The notes under the pieces: model-generated | Database searches by the model: none | Seen by the model: the letters and a program-made list of their open reading frames with translations, nothing else | What the model was told of the DNA's origin: nothing | Shown here: piece by piece, positions 35,205 to 44,888 of the stretch | Numbering within the stretch: position 1 is the first letter of the stretch | Layout: each line of letters opens with the position of its first letter | Source: Chloroflexota bacterium | Lineage (GTDB): Bacteria > Chloroflexota > Dehalococcoidia > UBA2979 | Reading direction: 5' to 3' | Length of the DNA: 64,000 nt | Assembly (NCBI GenBank): GCA_016875635.1 | Contig: VGPD01000002.1 | Span: forward strand, 13,090-77,089 | Translations under genes and position numbers: made by a program

Positions 35205-36227
35205 ATGGCCGGTCATGACGTCGGCGGTCTCGGCGAATTCACGCTGATTGACCGCATCATCGCGCGCCTGGGGGACGCGGCGGCGCATGATCTCGTCGTC
35301 CCTCCAGGCGACGATGCGGCCGCGTGGCGGACGGGCCCGGGCCTCACGGTCGCAACGATCGACGCGCTCGTGGAGGGCACGCACTGGCGTGCCGACACGA
35401 TGGCTTACGGCGACGTGGGCTGGCGCGCAGTCACGGCGAACGCCAGCGACCTCGCGGCGATGGGCGCCGACCCGCAATACCTGCTCATCGCTACGACGTT
35501 CGGGCCGGCCTTCACCATCGACGACCTCGACGCGTTGATCGAGGGCATCGCCGAGTCGTGCCGCCTCCACGGTGTGCGCGTCGCGGGCGGCGACGTCGTG
35601 CGCGGCCCGGCGACGTCGATCAGCATCGCCGCGTACGGCCGGATCGAGGGCGGCACGGCAGACGCTCCGTTGCTGCGCCGTTCGCGCGCGCGCGCGGGCG
35701 ACTTCGTCGCCGTTTCGGGCACGCCCGGCGCCTCCGCCGCGGGGCTCGCGGTGATCGAGGCGGGGCGGGAGGTGGAGGTCGGTGTGGAGATGCTGCTGCT
35801 GGCTCACCGCCGGCCAGTGGCGCGCGTCGCGCTGGGGCAGGACGCAGCGGCGGCCGGGTTGCGCTGCGCGATGGATGTCTCCGACGGACTGCTCCAGGAC
35901 CTTGGCCACATCGCAGCAGCCTCGGAGGTCGGGATCGAACTGGCGGCGGCATCGCTGCCGCTGCACCCGGCGGCGGTGGCGGCGCTGGGGGTGCGGGCGG
36001 CGCTCGACCTTGCGCTCGGGGGCGGGGAGGACTTCGAGCTCGTCCTCACCGGGCCGCGGGAGGCGCTCGTCCGGCTGGATACGCCGGAGGTGCCCGTGAC
36101 GCTGATCGGTCGTGTCGTCCCCGACCACCCCGGCGAGGTGGTCGTCTGGGGCGAGGACGGCGAGGTGTATGAGCCACCACGGCGTGGCTGGGACCAGACG
36201 CGCGACTCTGGCGAGCGGCGCACGTAA
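35205..36227 (+). CDS. thiL: thiamine-monophosphate kinase
   Basis: GEFTLIDRI...PPGDDAA...ATIDALVEGTHW...DLAAMGA; AIR-synthase-related fold. Confidence 0.75.
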   Translation: MAGHDVGGLGEFTLIDRIIARLGDAAAHDLVVPPGDDAAAWRTGPGLTVATIDALVEGTHWRADTMAYGDVGWRAVTANASDLAAMGADPQYLLIATTFGPAFTIDDLDALIEGIAESCRLHGVRVAGGDVVRGPATSISIAAYGRIEGGTADAPLLRRSRARAGDFVAVSGTPGASAAGLAVIEAGREVEVGVEMLLLAHRRPVARVALGQDAAAAGLRCAMDVSDGLLQDLGHIAAASEVGIELAAASLPLHPAAVAALGVRAALDLALGGGEDFELVLTGPREALVRLDTPEVPVTLIGRVVPDHPGEVVVWGEDGEVYEPPRRGWDQTRDSGERRT

Positions 36228-36247
36228 CCTCGTCCCATGAGGCACCA

Positions 36248-36727
36248 ATGAGCACCGCCAATCGGATGACCCGCGTCACCACGGGCGCCGCGCAGACGCG
36301 CGCCCTCGGCCGCCGTCTGTCCAGGATGCTGCGCGCGGGTGACGTGGTGCTGTTGCAAGGGACGCTGGGCGCGGGGAAGACGGCATTCGCGCAGGGGGTC
36401 GGGCAGGGGCTGAAAGTAGAGACTGCGGTCACCAGCCCTACGTTCGTCCTGATGGCCCGCCACGATGGCCCGCTCCGCCTGTACCACGCCGACCTGTATC
36501 GCCTCACCGACCCGTCCGAGGTGGCCGACCTTCATCTGATCGAGGAAGCCCGCGACGGCGTCCTCCTTGTCGAGTGGCCGGAGCGGGGGATGGAGGGGCT
36601 TCCGGGGGAGCATCTCCTCGTCACCCTCGAAATGGTCGAGGGCGAACCGAAGCACCGCCGGATCACGATCGCCTCCCGGGGGAGCCGCTACGACCGGGTA
36701 CTGGACGGGCTGGGCGCGCGTGGTTAG
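36248..36727 (+). CDS. tsaE: tRNA threonylcarbamoyladenosine biosynthesis protein TsaE
   Basis: P-loop GTLGAGKTAFAQG and conserved VTSPTFVLMARH..LYHADLYRL. Confidence 0.75.
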   Translation: MSTANRMTRVTTGAAQTRALGRRLSRMLRAGDVVLLQGTLGAGKTAFAQGVGQGLKVETAVTSPTFVLMARHDGPLRLYHADLYRLTDPSEVADLHLIEEARDGVLLVEWPERGMEGLPGEHLLVTLEMVEGEPKHRRITIASRGSRYDRVLDGLGARG

Positions 36728-37406
36728 CCACCGATACGACCTCGGAATCGACACGGCTGCGGACGACGCCTCACTAGCGCTGCTGGAGGGCGACCGTGTG
36801 GTCGCCGAGCACGCGTGGCACGTCGAGACCACCATGTCGCTCGAGCTGCTGGATGCCCTCGATGCGTTGCTGACGCGTGCTGGAGTCACGCGGCCGGAGA
36901 TCGCGCGCATCGCGGTGTGTGCCGGGCCAGGACAGTACGGTGGTCTACGGACGGGTATCGCATCGGCACAGGGTCTCGCGCTGGGTCTCGGCATCCCTCT
37001 GGCGGGTGTTGGTCGGCTGGAGGCGGATGCCTGGCCACACCTCGTCGAGGGCGGCCCGGTCGTCATCGCTGTCCACGACGCCGGTCCGGAGGCCGTCGCC
37101 TGGGCCGGGTACGCCCCGGGCGCCGCCGGTGGGTTGCCTTCGGTCTACGCCGAGCCGCACATCGCCCGCCCGGCGGACGTGGTGAGGGACGCCCCCCAGC
37201 CCGCCATCTGGGTGGGGGAGATGACCGGGGCGTTGCGGGACGTGCGAGACATTGCGAGCCGCGGGGGAGACACTGATGCGCGGGCCGTGGCGCGTGCGGC
37301 GCACCTGGTGCGGATCGCGCGGGCCCGCGACCTCTTCGGGGATCCAGGCGCAGTGGACGCGGTCTATCTTCGCCCGCCCTCGATCACTCCGCCGAGGCAG
37401 CGATAG
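36719..37406 (+). CDS. tsaB: tRNA threonylcarbamoyladenosine biosynthesis protein TsaB
   Basis: YeaZ-like LGIDTAADDASLALLEGDRVVAEH...IAVCAGPGQYGGLRTGIASAQGLA. GTG start overlaps the tsaE stop. Confidence 0.65.
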
Positions 37407-37438
37407 CAGTCGAACGAGACACGGAAGAGAGCATCACC

Positions 37439-37891
37439 ATGGAACGCACGCTCGTCCTCATCAAGCCGGACGCGATGCAGCGCGGTCTGGCGTTCGAGAT
37501 CCTCAAGCGGTTCGAGCAGCGCGGCCTGAAGATCGTCGCGCTGCGTCTGGTGCAGGCTGACCAGGCGACCGCCGCCGAGCACTACGCCGAGCACGTGGGG
37601 AAGCCGTTCTACAACGGGCTGATCGAGTACATCACCGCCTGCCCGATCGTTGCGGCGGTCTTCGAAGGCACGGGCGCGGTCGCTGCCTGTCGCCAGACGA
37701 TGGGTTCCACGAAGCCGGTTGAGGCGAACCCCGGCACCATCCGTCACGACTTCGGCCTGGAGATCGGGCGGAACCTCGTCCACGGCTCCGCGAACCTCGA
37801 TGACGCCGCGCGCGAAGTCGGCATCTGGTTCCGCGGCCTGCCGGTCCTCGACTGGAAGCGCGCGACGGACGGCTGGGTCTTCGAGCAGTAG
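37439..37891 (+). CDS. ndk: nucleoside diphosphate kinase
   Basis: MERTLVLIKPDAMQRGL..., catalytic NLVHGS, 150 aa. Confidence 0.9.
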   Translation: MERTLVLIKPDAMQRGLAFEILKRFEQRGLKIVALRLVQADQATAAEHYAEHVGKPFYNGLIEYITACPIVAAVFEGTGAVAACRQTMGSTKPVEANPGTIRHDFGLEIGRNLVHGSANLDDAAREVGIWFRGLPVLDWKRATDGWVFEQ

Positions 37892-37913
37892 CCCTTCCCG
37901 TTGCGAGGTTTCT

Positions 37914-38660
37914 ATGCCTGACGCTGCACCGCCGGCCGTCGAGTCCGCCAGCAAGCGATTCCGCACGGTCGAGGTGCGACGCGTTGAGCGTGTGACGCTG
38001 AAGGCGGTGAGGATCACGCTGGGCGGCGATGCCCTCGAAGGCTTCGGGACACCGCTGCTGGGCGGCCACATCAAGGTGATGCTGCCGGGCACCGACCAGG
38101 TGCGGGCCTATACGCCGCGTCGTTTCGACGCCGGCCGCCTCGAGATTGAGATCGAGGTCATTCTCCACGGTGACAGCCCCGGCTCCCGCTGGGCGACCGC
38201 CGCGAAGCCGGGCGACGTCGTCGACCTGCGCGGACCAGGCGGGCGAGGCCATACGGTCGACCCCGGTGCGTCGTGGCACCTCCTGGCGGGCGATGCCTGC
38301 GCCCTTCCCGCGATCGGGATGGTGCTGGAGGCGCTCCCCGCCACGGCGCGCGCCATCGTGATCGCCGAGGTGGATGACGCCTCCGAGGAGCGGCCGCTCC
38401 CGAGCCTCGCCGAGGTGCAAGCATGGTGGGTGCGCTCCGGGGAAGTCCCCGGCCAGGCTCTCGAGACGGCTGTGCGCTCGATCGAGTTGCCCGAGGGCGC
38501 GGGCCAGGTCTTTCTTGCCTGCGAGTCCGGCGTCATGCGGCGCATCCGTCAGCACCTGATCGACGCACGTGGGCTTGAACCCGCCTCGCTGCACACGCGG
38601 GGCTACTGGAAGGCCGGCATCGTGAACTATCCCGACCACGACTACGGTCAGGACGACTAA
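37914..38660 (+). CDS. siderophore-interacting protein (SIP/ViuB-like FAD-binding ferric reductase)
   Basis: FAD_binding_9-like RAYTPRRFD and GPGGRGH, and a SIP C-terminal domain. Start at internal ATG 37914. Confidence 0.55.
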   Translation: MPDAAPPAVESASKRFRTVEVRRVERVTLKAVRITLGGDALEGFGTPLLGGHIKVMLPGTDQVRAYTPRRFDAGRLEIEIEVILHGDSPGSRWATAAKPGDVVDLRGPGGRGHTVDPGASWHLLAGDACALPAIGMVLEALPATARAIVIAEVDDASEERPLPSLAEVQAWWVRSGEVPGQALETAVRSIELPEGAGQVFLACESGVMRRIRQHLIDARGLEPASLHTRGYWKAGIVNYPDHDYGQDD

Positions 38661-38777
38661 CCGCTATCGTCCGTCGACGGTTTGAGTTGCTGCTGTCTCC
38701 TGATCTGCAACCCGGGTGCTGCATGGTTCGGCGCATCCACCGGTGATCCCACGCAGGGTCGCCATTACGCTGCCTTG

Positions 38778-40088
38778 ATGAATTCGCGCGCCACGCTGCT
38801 CTCGGCGGCTATTGTCGCGGTCGTGCTGGGAGCGCTGTACGGCTGGACCGTCGCTCCGACGATCGCGGTGCTCCACGGCACGGTGGACAGCGCCGAACTC
38901 GTCTCCGTCGCGGCGGTCCTTGGCGTGGCGCACCCCTCGGGTGAGGCCGTATGGCTGCCGCTGGGGCGTCTTGCGCTGGAGATCATCCCGGCGAGTGAAC
39001 CCGCGTTGCGGACGAACCTGTTGTCGGTTGGGCTGATGGCGGTGGCCGGGGCGCTGGTCGCGGTCGCCGCGCGTCAATGGCGGTCGGAGACACCCTGGTG
39101 GGGAGCGTCGGCTGCCGGTCTGTTGTTCGGCCTCGCACCGGTGGTGTGGGCGCAGGCGATCGTCACAGAGGTATATGCGTTGCAGGCGGCCCTGGCGGGG
39201 CTCGCGCTCGTGCTGGGGGCCAGCGCAGCCGAGGGCTGGCGGTGGCGCCCGTTTGCGTTCGTCCTCGGACTGCTGGTGATGAGCCAGCTCATCGGCCTCG
39301 CACTCGTGGCCCCGCTCGCCGCTGTCGCATTCGTGGGCTCACGAGGAATGCGGGCCCGCGAGTCAGCATGGTGTGCGGGGTTCTTCGTTCTTCCGCTGCT
39401 CTATGCCATGGCGTACCTGTGGTTGCGCTCCGATGCCGCGATCGCGTGGGGTGACACGGGCTCCGCGCGCGGACTGGTGGACCATCTCATGGGTGGGATC
39501 TCCCGGGATGCGCTCGAACGGTCGCCGCGTGCTGTGGCCTCCGCCGTGCCGGAGACGATGCGGAGCGTGCTTCGTCAGTTCCCACCGCCGGTGTGGCTGT
39601 TGCTCATCCCCGGGACGTTAGCCCTCGTGCGGGCGCGCGCCGACCTGGCGCTCGTGCTGGGGGTGTGGTTGCTGCTGCTCATCGTCTTCATCTCCTCCTA
39701 CCTCTCGGAGGGCCGCGAGGACTATTTGCAGGGCACCACGATGCCGTTGGCGCTGGTCGCGGGGTGGGGTTGCGTGTCTGTCTGGGAATGGGTCGTGAGG
39801 TACCTCACGGACCGATGGCCGCGGGTGGCCCTCGGTGTCGTCGTGGTCGGGCTGCTTGCCTGGTGGGCGGTGTGGGTAGGGCACGACGCCTCATTGCGTG
39901 GCGACACCACGCTGGTGGCAGAGGCACGCGCGGTGCTGGCCGGGGTTTCTGAGGACGGCCGTGTGGACACGTCGAGTGATCGGGAGACGTTCCCCCTGTG
40001 GTATGTCACCACCGTCCTCCACGAACGTCCGGATGTGACGGTGGTGGACACGCGGTCCATCGTGCCTCCGGTGGGGCCGCGCCACTAG
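38778..40088 (+). CDS. polytopic membrane protein, GT-C-like (DUF2723/ArnT-like putative glycosyltransferase)
   Basis: About 10 TM helices with a periplasmic loop. Weak family assignment. Confidence 0.4.
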   Translation: MNSRATLLSAAIVAVVLGALYGWTVAPTIAVLHGTVDSAELVSVAAVLGVAHPSGEAVWLPLGRLALEIIPASEPALRTNLLSVGLMAVAGALVAVAARQWRSETPWWGASAAGLLFGLAPVVWAQAIVTEVYALQAALAGLALVLGASAAEGWRWRPFAFVLGLLVMSQLIGLALVAPLAAVAFVGSRGMRARESAWCAGFFVLPLLYAMAYLWLRSDAAIAWGDTGSARGLVDHLMGGISRDALERSPRAVASAVPETMRSVLRQFPPPVWLLLIPGTLALVRARADLALVLGVWLLLLIVFISSYLSEGREDYLQGTTMPLALVAGWGCVSVWEWVVRYLTDRWPRVALGVVVVGLLAWWAVWVGHDASLRGDTTLVAEARAVLAGVSEDGRVDTSSDRETFPLWYVTTVLHERPDVTVVDTRSIVPPVGPRH

Positions 40089-40252
40089 TCTCTGTTGGCC
40101 GTGGGGAGGCGGTTGAGCGCTTCGAGGAACGCGTTCTGCACCGAGTGCCGGGCGTCGCTCGATCGTCAGCAGTGCGAGGTTGCGAGGCCGGGTCGGTCAT
40201 CTGGCGGCGCTATGGACTGGATGCCGTCCATGAAAGCGTTCCGGGCGAGGGA

Positions 40253-40423
40253 CTACAGACGGAGCCGGGTTTTGCCGTCCGCAGGCTGGTCTTCCTCGGC
40301 ACCGTATCCCCAACCGTACTGGTGATAGTGGTCATGAGCGGCGTCCCGGGTGCCCACTCGGTTCAGCACGAGTCCGGCGATCGGACGGCCCGTCTGAGCG
40401 AGCTCCGTGGTTGTTTCCAGCAG
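40253..40423 (-). pseudogene. in-frame continuation of the BY-kinase encoding the conserved C-terminal region and tyrosine cluster
   Basis: Directly after the TAA, the same frame reads LLETTTELAQTGRPIAGLVLNRVGTRDAAHDHYHQYGWGYGAEED... This aligns with the BY-kinase C-terminus (GxVLNxV...YGYGY). Confidence 0.5.
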
Positions 40424-41647
40424 TTAGCCGATCCGCGTCTTCCCGGCGCGCGCCACGATCACCAGCCCGTCTGAGAGCATGCCGAGGACCGAGGCGTCGG
40501 TGACCACCAGCGCGGGCGGCGAGTCCATCAACACCACATCGAATCGGTCGCGCAGCCCGTCGAGGATTTCCCGCATGCGCGCGGACCCGAGTAATTCGGA
40601 TGGGTTGGGCGTCATCGGGCCGGATGGGAGCACTGTGACGTTCGTGTACAACGAGCGGACGAGCAGGCGGCCGACGTCCCGCTCGCGGGCCAGCAGGAGG
40701 GTCGTGAGTCCTGTTGCGTTGTCGATGCCGAATACCTTGTGCATCGTTGGGCGGCGCAGATCCGTGTCGACCACGCAGACGCGGTGTCCGGCAAGCCCGA
40801 ACACAATGGCGAGGTTCGCGGTGGTCGTCGTCTTGCCCTCGCCCAGGCCAGGCGAGGTGATGAGGACGAGACGGCGGTCTTGGCCGAGGTTGATTGCGTA
40901 GGAGAGGTTCGTCCGGGCCGCCCGGTATGCCTCGGCGATCGTGGACCGCGGCCGGTTCGCGGCCTGCAGCTGTTCCCGCGCGTTGCGCAGCCGCCCGAAC
41001 TGTTCGATGCGGGCCAGGATCGGGAGGCCGGTCTGCTCTAGGGCTTTCTCTCCGGACTTCACCGTGTCATCGAGGTATTCGATGACCGTGACGATGACGG
41101 TGGCAGCGAGGGCGAACAGAACCATCCCCAGCGCAGTATTCAGGAGAAGGCGCTGCGAGACCGGGCTACCTGATGGGAGCGCTTCCTCGACGACGGACAC
41201 CTGCCCCGGGCGGCTGGTGAGGGCCGCCTCATTCGACGAGATGAACGCCCGGGCCACGGTGTTCGAGATCCGCGCCGCGAGTTCGGGACTCGACGCCCGG
41301 GCAGTCACGACCAGCAGCTGGGTGCCGCGCGGGTTCGTGACGTTGAGGCGAATCGCGAGTCCGGTCGCGTCGAACGGGAGGTTGCCGTCCTGGATCGACC
41401 GGTCGAGCACCGGGCGGAGCGTGACCAGACGCGAGAACGTGTTAGCCAGCCGTTCTGCCGTTTGCAGGTCATTCAGTTGGACAACGCCCTCGCCCTGACG
41501 CTGGACGACGAGGAGGGTTGTCCGCGCCTCGTAGGAAGGGGTGATCCGGGTGGAGATCAGGTAGGTCGCCACGCCACCCAGGACGGCGGCGCTGATCACC
41601 AGCCACCACCAGCGGCGGCCGATTCGGAGGGACTGTTCGAGGTCCAT
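40424..41647 (-). CDS. polysaccharide co-polymerase / BY-kinase (Wzz + CpsD-like tyrosine autokinase), truncated before the Tyr-cluster tail by an in-frame TAA
   Basis: N-terminal TM and Wzz region. Walker A GLGEGKTTT, A' VVDTDLRRP, B DVVLMDSPP. It stops after ...ARAGKTRIG. Confidence 0.7.
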   Translation of the reverse strand: MDLEQSLRIGRRWWWLVISAAVLGGVATYLISTRITPSYEARTTLLVVQRQGEGVVQLNDLQTAERLANTFSRLVTLRPVLDRSIQDGNLPFDATGLAIRLNVTNPRGTQLLVVTARASSPELAARISNTVARAFISSNEAALTSRPGQVSVVEEALPSGSPVSQRLLLNTALGMVLFALAATVIVTVIEYLDDTVKSGEKALEQTGLPILARIEQFGRLRNAREQLQAANRPRSTIAEAYRAARTNLSYAINLGQDRRLVLITSPGLGEGKTTTTANLAIVFGLAGHRVCVVDTDLRRPTMHKVFGIDNATGLTTLLLARERDVGRLLVRSLYTNVTVLPSGPMTPNPSELLGSARMREILDGLRDRFDVVLMDSPPALVVTDASVLGMLSDGLVIVARAGKTRIG

Positions 41648-41846
41648 TACCCAATGATTCTCGCATTCCCGCTGAAATTCGTCATTTCAATTAATCGCCG
41701 TGACGGACTATTAGATTCACGCAAAGGCTCGGTTGCTGGTCATTCGGGGCTCCTCCGGCTGCCGGCGACAGCTCGAAGGAGTGAGCGGGACTCGAACGGC
41801 ATGGAGACATGGTCCGATGTGTCGGGCGAGCCGTGTCTTGTCCGAG

Positions 41847-42716
41847 CTAGTTCAGGTGGATGATGCCATCGATGACGGTAACGGCGTGCCCGCCGATCTC
41901 GACTTTCTCCGGGCTACGCACAATGACCGCGATGCGAGCGTCCCGGCCCATCTGCCGTCCCTGAGGTGCGACGTACGAACGTCCGGTGCGCGAGAGCAGG
42001 CCGGTCGCACCGAGGTAGGCTCCGAGCGCCGCGTTACAGGAGCCGCATGCTGGGTCCTCGGGCACGCCGGCGGCCGGCGCCCACGTCCGGAGATGCACCC
42101 GCTCGGCTGCATCCATGCGTGTGTCGATGGTGAACGCAGAGATGCCGATCGCGCCGGCGGCGGCGCTCATCATGCTCACAGCGGCGAGGTCGGGGGTCGC
42201 GCCGGAAAGGGCTTCGATGCTCGGGACCTGGACGATGAGCCACACCGGCCCGACGTCCACCAGGGCCGGTGCCGGGTCAGCTTCGATGGGCGCTCCGATC
42301 GCGGACGACAGTCGCGCGAGGTCGACATCGACGCGCCGGACCGACGGCTTCGGCGCGCGCGCGAAGATCCGGCCATCCGGCTCGGTATGGAGGTCGATCA
42401 TCCCGGCGGTGCATTCCTGGGTGAGGCGGCCGGCGCGTGGCGTCACCAGGCCGGCCTCGATGGCGGCGTGCGCCGAACCGATGGTGGGATGGCCGGCGAA
42501 GGGCAGTTCGCTCAGCGGGGTGAAGATCCGCAGGCGGTAGTCGGCGTGTTCCGAGGGCAGGATGAACGTGGTTTCCGAGAGGTTGGTCCACCGCGCGACG
42601 GCCTGCATCTCCCCGGTGTTCAGCCCAGAACCGTCCAGGATGACGGCGACCGGGTTGCCGAGGAACGGGACCTGCGTGAACACGTCGACCTGCTTGAACG
42701 CGACGTCACGCGGCAT
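41847..42716 (-). CDS. PhzF-family isomerase
   Basis: MPRDVAFKQVDVFTQVPFLGNPVAVILDGSG... is the typical PhzF opening. 289 aa. Confidence 0.7.
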   Translation of the reverse strand: MPRDVAFKQVDVFTQVPFLGNPVAVILDGSGLNTGEMQAVARWTNLSETTFILPSEHADYRLRIFTPLSELPFAGHPTIGSAHAAIEAGLVTPRAGRLTQECTAGMIDLHTEPDGRIFARAPKPSVRRVDVDLARLSSAIGAPIEADPAPALVDVGPVWLIVQVPSIEALSGATPDLAAVSMMSAAAGAIGISAFTIDTRMDAAERVHLRTWAPAAGVPEDPACGSCNAALGAYLGATGLLSRTGRSYVAPQGRQMGRDARIAVIVRSPEKVEIGGHAVTVIDGIIHLN

Positions 42717-42852
42717 CGTCAGTCCCTGTCCCGTGGGGCGAACTGGAAGGAGGGGAGCCTAGCATGCAGCGGGGGACGGGAGCCTGGGACAGCGACCGTA
42801 CAGAGGGGCTCAGATACGCTGCGTACTGGCAGGTTGCGACGACGGAGGCGGA

Positions 42853-43785
42853 GTGAGCACAGGCTGGAAAGTCGGCATCGGCACGGTGATTGTGGTCGTC
42901 ACCATGACGGTGGGGATGTGGTTCACGATCGCCTACATCTCGGCGGATGCGATCCTGAACCCATCGCCGCCCCGTGAGCTCCCGTTCCTGGCGGAGCAGA
43001 TGTTCGCCGCCCAGGCGGTGGAGTTTCCTGCTCGTGACGGCGTGAGGATCGGTGCGCTGTGGGTCCCCACGGTGGCGCCGGCGGGTTCTGAACTGGTACA
43101 GACGCGCCGCCCGACCATCATCCTGCTCCATGGCTACGGGGAGACCCGGGAGACACTGCTGCCACAGGCCGAGTTGATCGTGAATGCCGGATTCAATGCA
43201 TTGCTCGTGGACTTCCGCGGGCACGGGACCTCCGCCGGTGGAGTGGCTGCACTGGGGACACTGGACGCGAATGACGTGCTGGGGGCGGTGGACTATCTGG
43301 TAACCCGGCCGGATGTCGAGACCAGCCGGATCGGCGTCCAGGGGGTCTCGATGGGCGCGGCGGCCGGTGTCATCGCCGCGGCGCAGGATCCGCGAATGCG
43401 TGCGGTCATCGCCGAGGAGCCGGTCTCGTCCCTGCGTGACGCCGTGTGGACGGCGTACCGTGACCGTCTGAGCCTGCCGGCGTTCCTGTTCCGCGACATC
43501 ACGCTGTGGCTGGTTGAGCGCCGCCTGGGCGAGCCGCTCTCAGCTGTGTCGCCCGCCGAGGCGGCCGCACGGTTGACCCCCCGCCCCCTGCTTGTGATCG
43601 ACCATGCGAGCGAGGCGCCGGTGGAGCCGGGCGGGGCCGAGCGGCTGCTCAATGCGGCGGGTGACCCGAAGGAACTGTGGGTTGCACCCGAATTCAAGCA
43701 GACCAGTGAGGGCTCCCCGGTCTCGCCCGCCTACGCGACCAAGGTCCTGACGTTCTGGCGCGCGTCGTTCGGGCTGCAGCGGTAG
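42853..43785 (+). CDS. alpha/beta hydrolase (S9/dienelactone-hydrolase-like) with N-terminal TM anchor
   Basis: HGYGETRE, GVSMGAAAG nucleophile motif, and a C-terminal D/H pair. Confidence 0.6.
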   Translation: MSTGWKVGIGTVIVVVTMTVGMWFTIAYISADAILNPSPPRELPFLAEQMFAAQAVEFPARDGVRIGALWVPTVAPAGSELVQTRRPTIILLHGYGETRETLLPQAELIVNAGFNALLVDFRGHGTSAGGVAALGTLDANDVLGAVDYLVTRPDVETSRIGVQGVSMGAAAGVIAAAQDPRMRAVIAEEPVSSLRDAVWTAYRDRLSLPAFLFRDITLWLVERRLGEPLSAVSPAEAAARLTPRPLLVIDHASEAPVEPGGAERLLNAAGDPKELWVAPEFKQTSEGSPVSPAYATKVLTFWRASFGLQR

Positions 43786-43801
43786 CGGGCGGTCGGGGCG
43801 G

Positions 43802-44827
43802 CTACTTCAGGGTCTCGCGGATCGCGGTCTGCAACTCCGGGTAGTCCATGATCCCTTCAAACTTCGCGGTGATGATGCCGTCTCGCCCTACGACGAAGAT
43901 CATCGGCTCCGCGAGCAGTTTCCATTCCTCCACGGCGGGTACCGTCTCCAGTTTGCCGCCCCGCGCCTTCGCGATGTCGTACGGTTCGATGTGCAGGACG
44001 TTGATCTGATCTTTGAATTCGTTCCACGCGGGGGTCACAACCTGATCAAGCACCGGTCCGCAGAACCGGGTCTGGCAGAACGCCGGTGTGACGAACGCGA
44101 CCACCGTCGGCTTCCCGCTCGTGATCGCCTGCGCCACCGTCAGACGATGTAGTTCTGGGTTCGGTGTGAGGGAGGTGTCCACCTCGTCGACGCTCTTCAC
44201 GTCGGCGAGTGTGAGCTGCTTGCTTGCGGGGGCCGGATCGCCAATGCGAGGCTCCCGTGTCCGTTCCTGCACCACGAACACGAGACGCAGTCCCGAGTAC
44301 GTCTTCTCCTTCGTCTTCACATCCAGCGAGACGCCCCAGAAGCCGGCCCGGTCGAAATCGACCAGCGACGTGTAGACCGTGCTGTCGTGCCCGATGTGGA
44401 GATCGCCCAGATCGGTCGAGGGGGCACGCGGGATGCGAGAGACGAGGACGCCTCCGAGCCGGGAGACACCGATGCCTTTCAACGTATGCGGCAGGAGCGG
44501 TGCCTCACCCACACGTTTCGGGTTCTTCGGCTCGCCCTCCGGTTCCTTGTCGAGGTGGTAGAAGGTGGCTGTGACCTGGGCGTTCGTGATGAACTCCTGG
44601 TTGTCATCGAACAGCGCCAGCGAGAGGCGGTTCTTCCCGACTCCGAGGTTCGAGTTGACGATGATCGGGGCGAACGGTACTTCGGCGACCGTCTGCTCGA
44701 GGCTTCGCGCGTCCCATTTCTCCTCACCACCGCCGCTGCAGGCCCCCGCGATCAGGGAGCTGATGAGAGTGAGTGCGACGATGGTCAGCAGGGCGGCGTG
44801 GGGAAAGCCTCGGTGGGGGCGGTGCAT
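43802..44827 (-). CDS. lipoprotein with C-terminal thioredoxin-like (SCO/TlpA-like) domain
   Basis: Lipobox IAGAC. C-terminal VVAFVTPAFCQTRFCGPV (C-x4-C) lies in a thioredoxin-like beta-alpha-beta context. Start at internal ATG (MHRPHRG). Confidence 0.45.
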   Translation of the reverse strand: MHRPHRGFPHAALLTIVALTLISSLIAGACSGGGEEKWDARSLEQTVAEVPFAPIIVNSNLGVGKNRLSLALFDDNQEFITNAQVTATFYHLDKEPEGEPKNPKRVGEAPLLPHTLKGIGVSRLGGVLVSRIPRAPSTDLGDLHIGHDSTVYTSLVDFDRAGFWGVSLDVKTKEKTYSGLRLVFVVQERTREPRIGDPAPASKQLTLADVKSVDEVDTSLTPNPELHRLTVAQAITSGKPTVVAFVTPAFCQTRFCGPVLDQVVTPAWNEFKDQINVLHIEPYDIAKARGGKLETVPAVEEWKLLAEPMIFVVGRDGIITAKFEGIMDYPELQTAIRETLK

Positions 44828-44888
44828 GGTCAGCCTCTCGTCGGTGGGTGATCCCAGCATCCCCCGGGGTGGCTGGGCGGGCAAGGCC

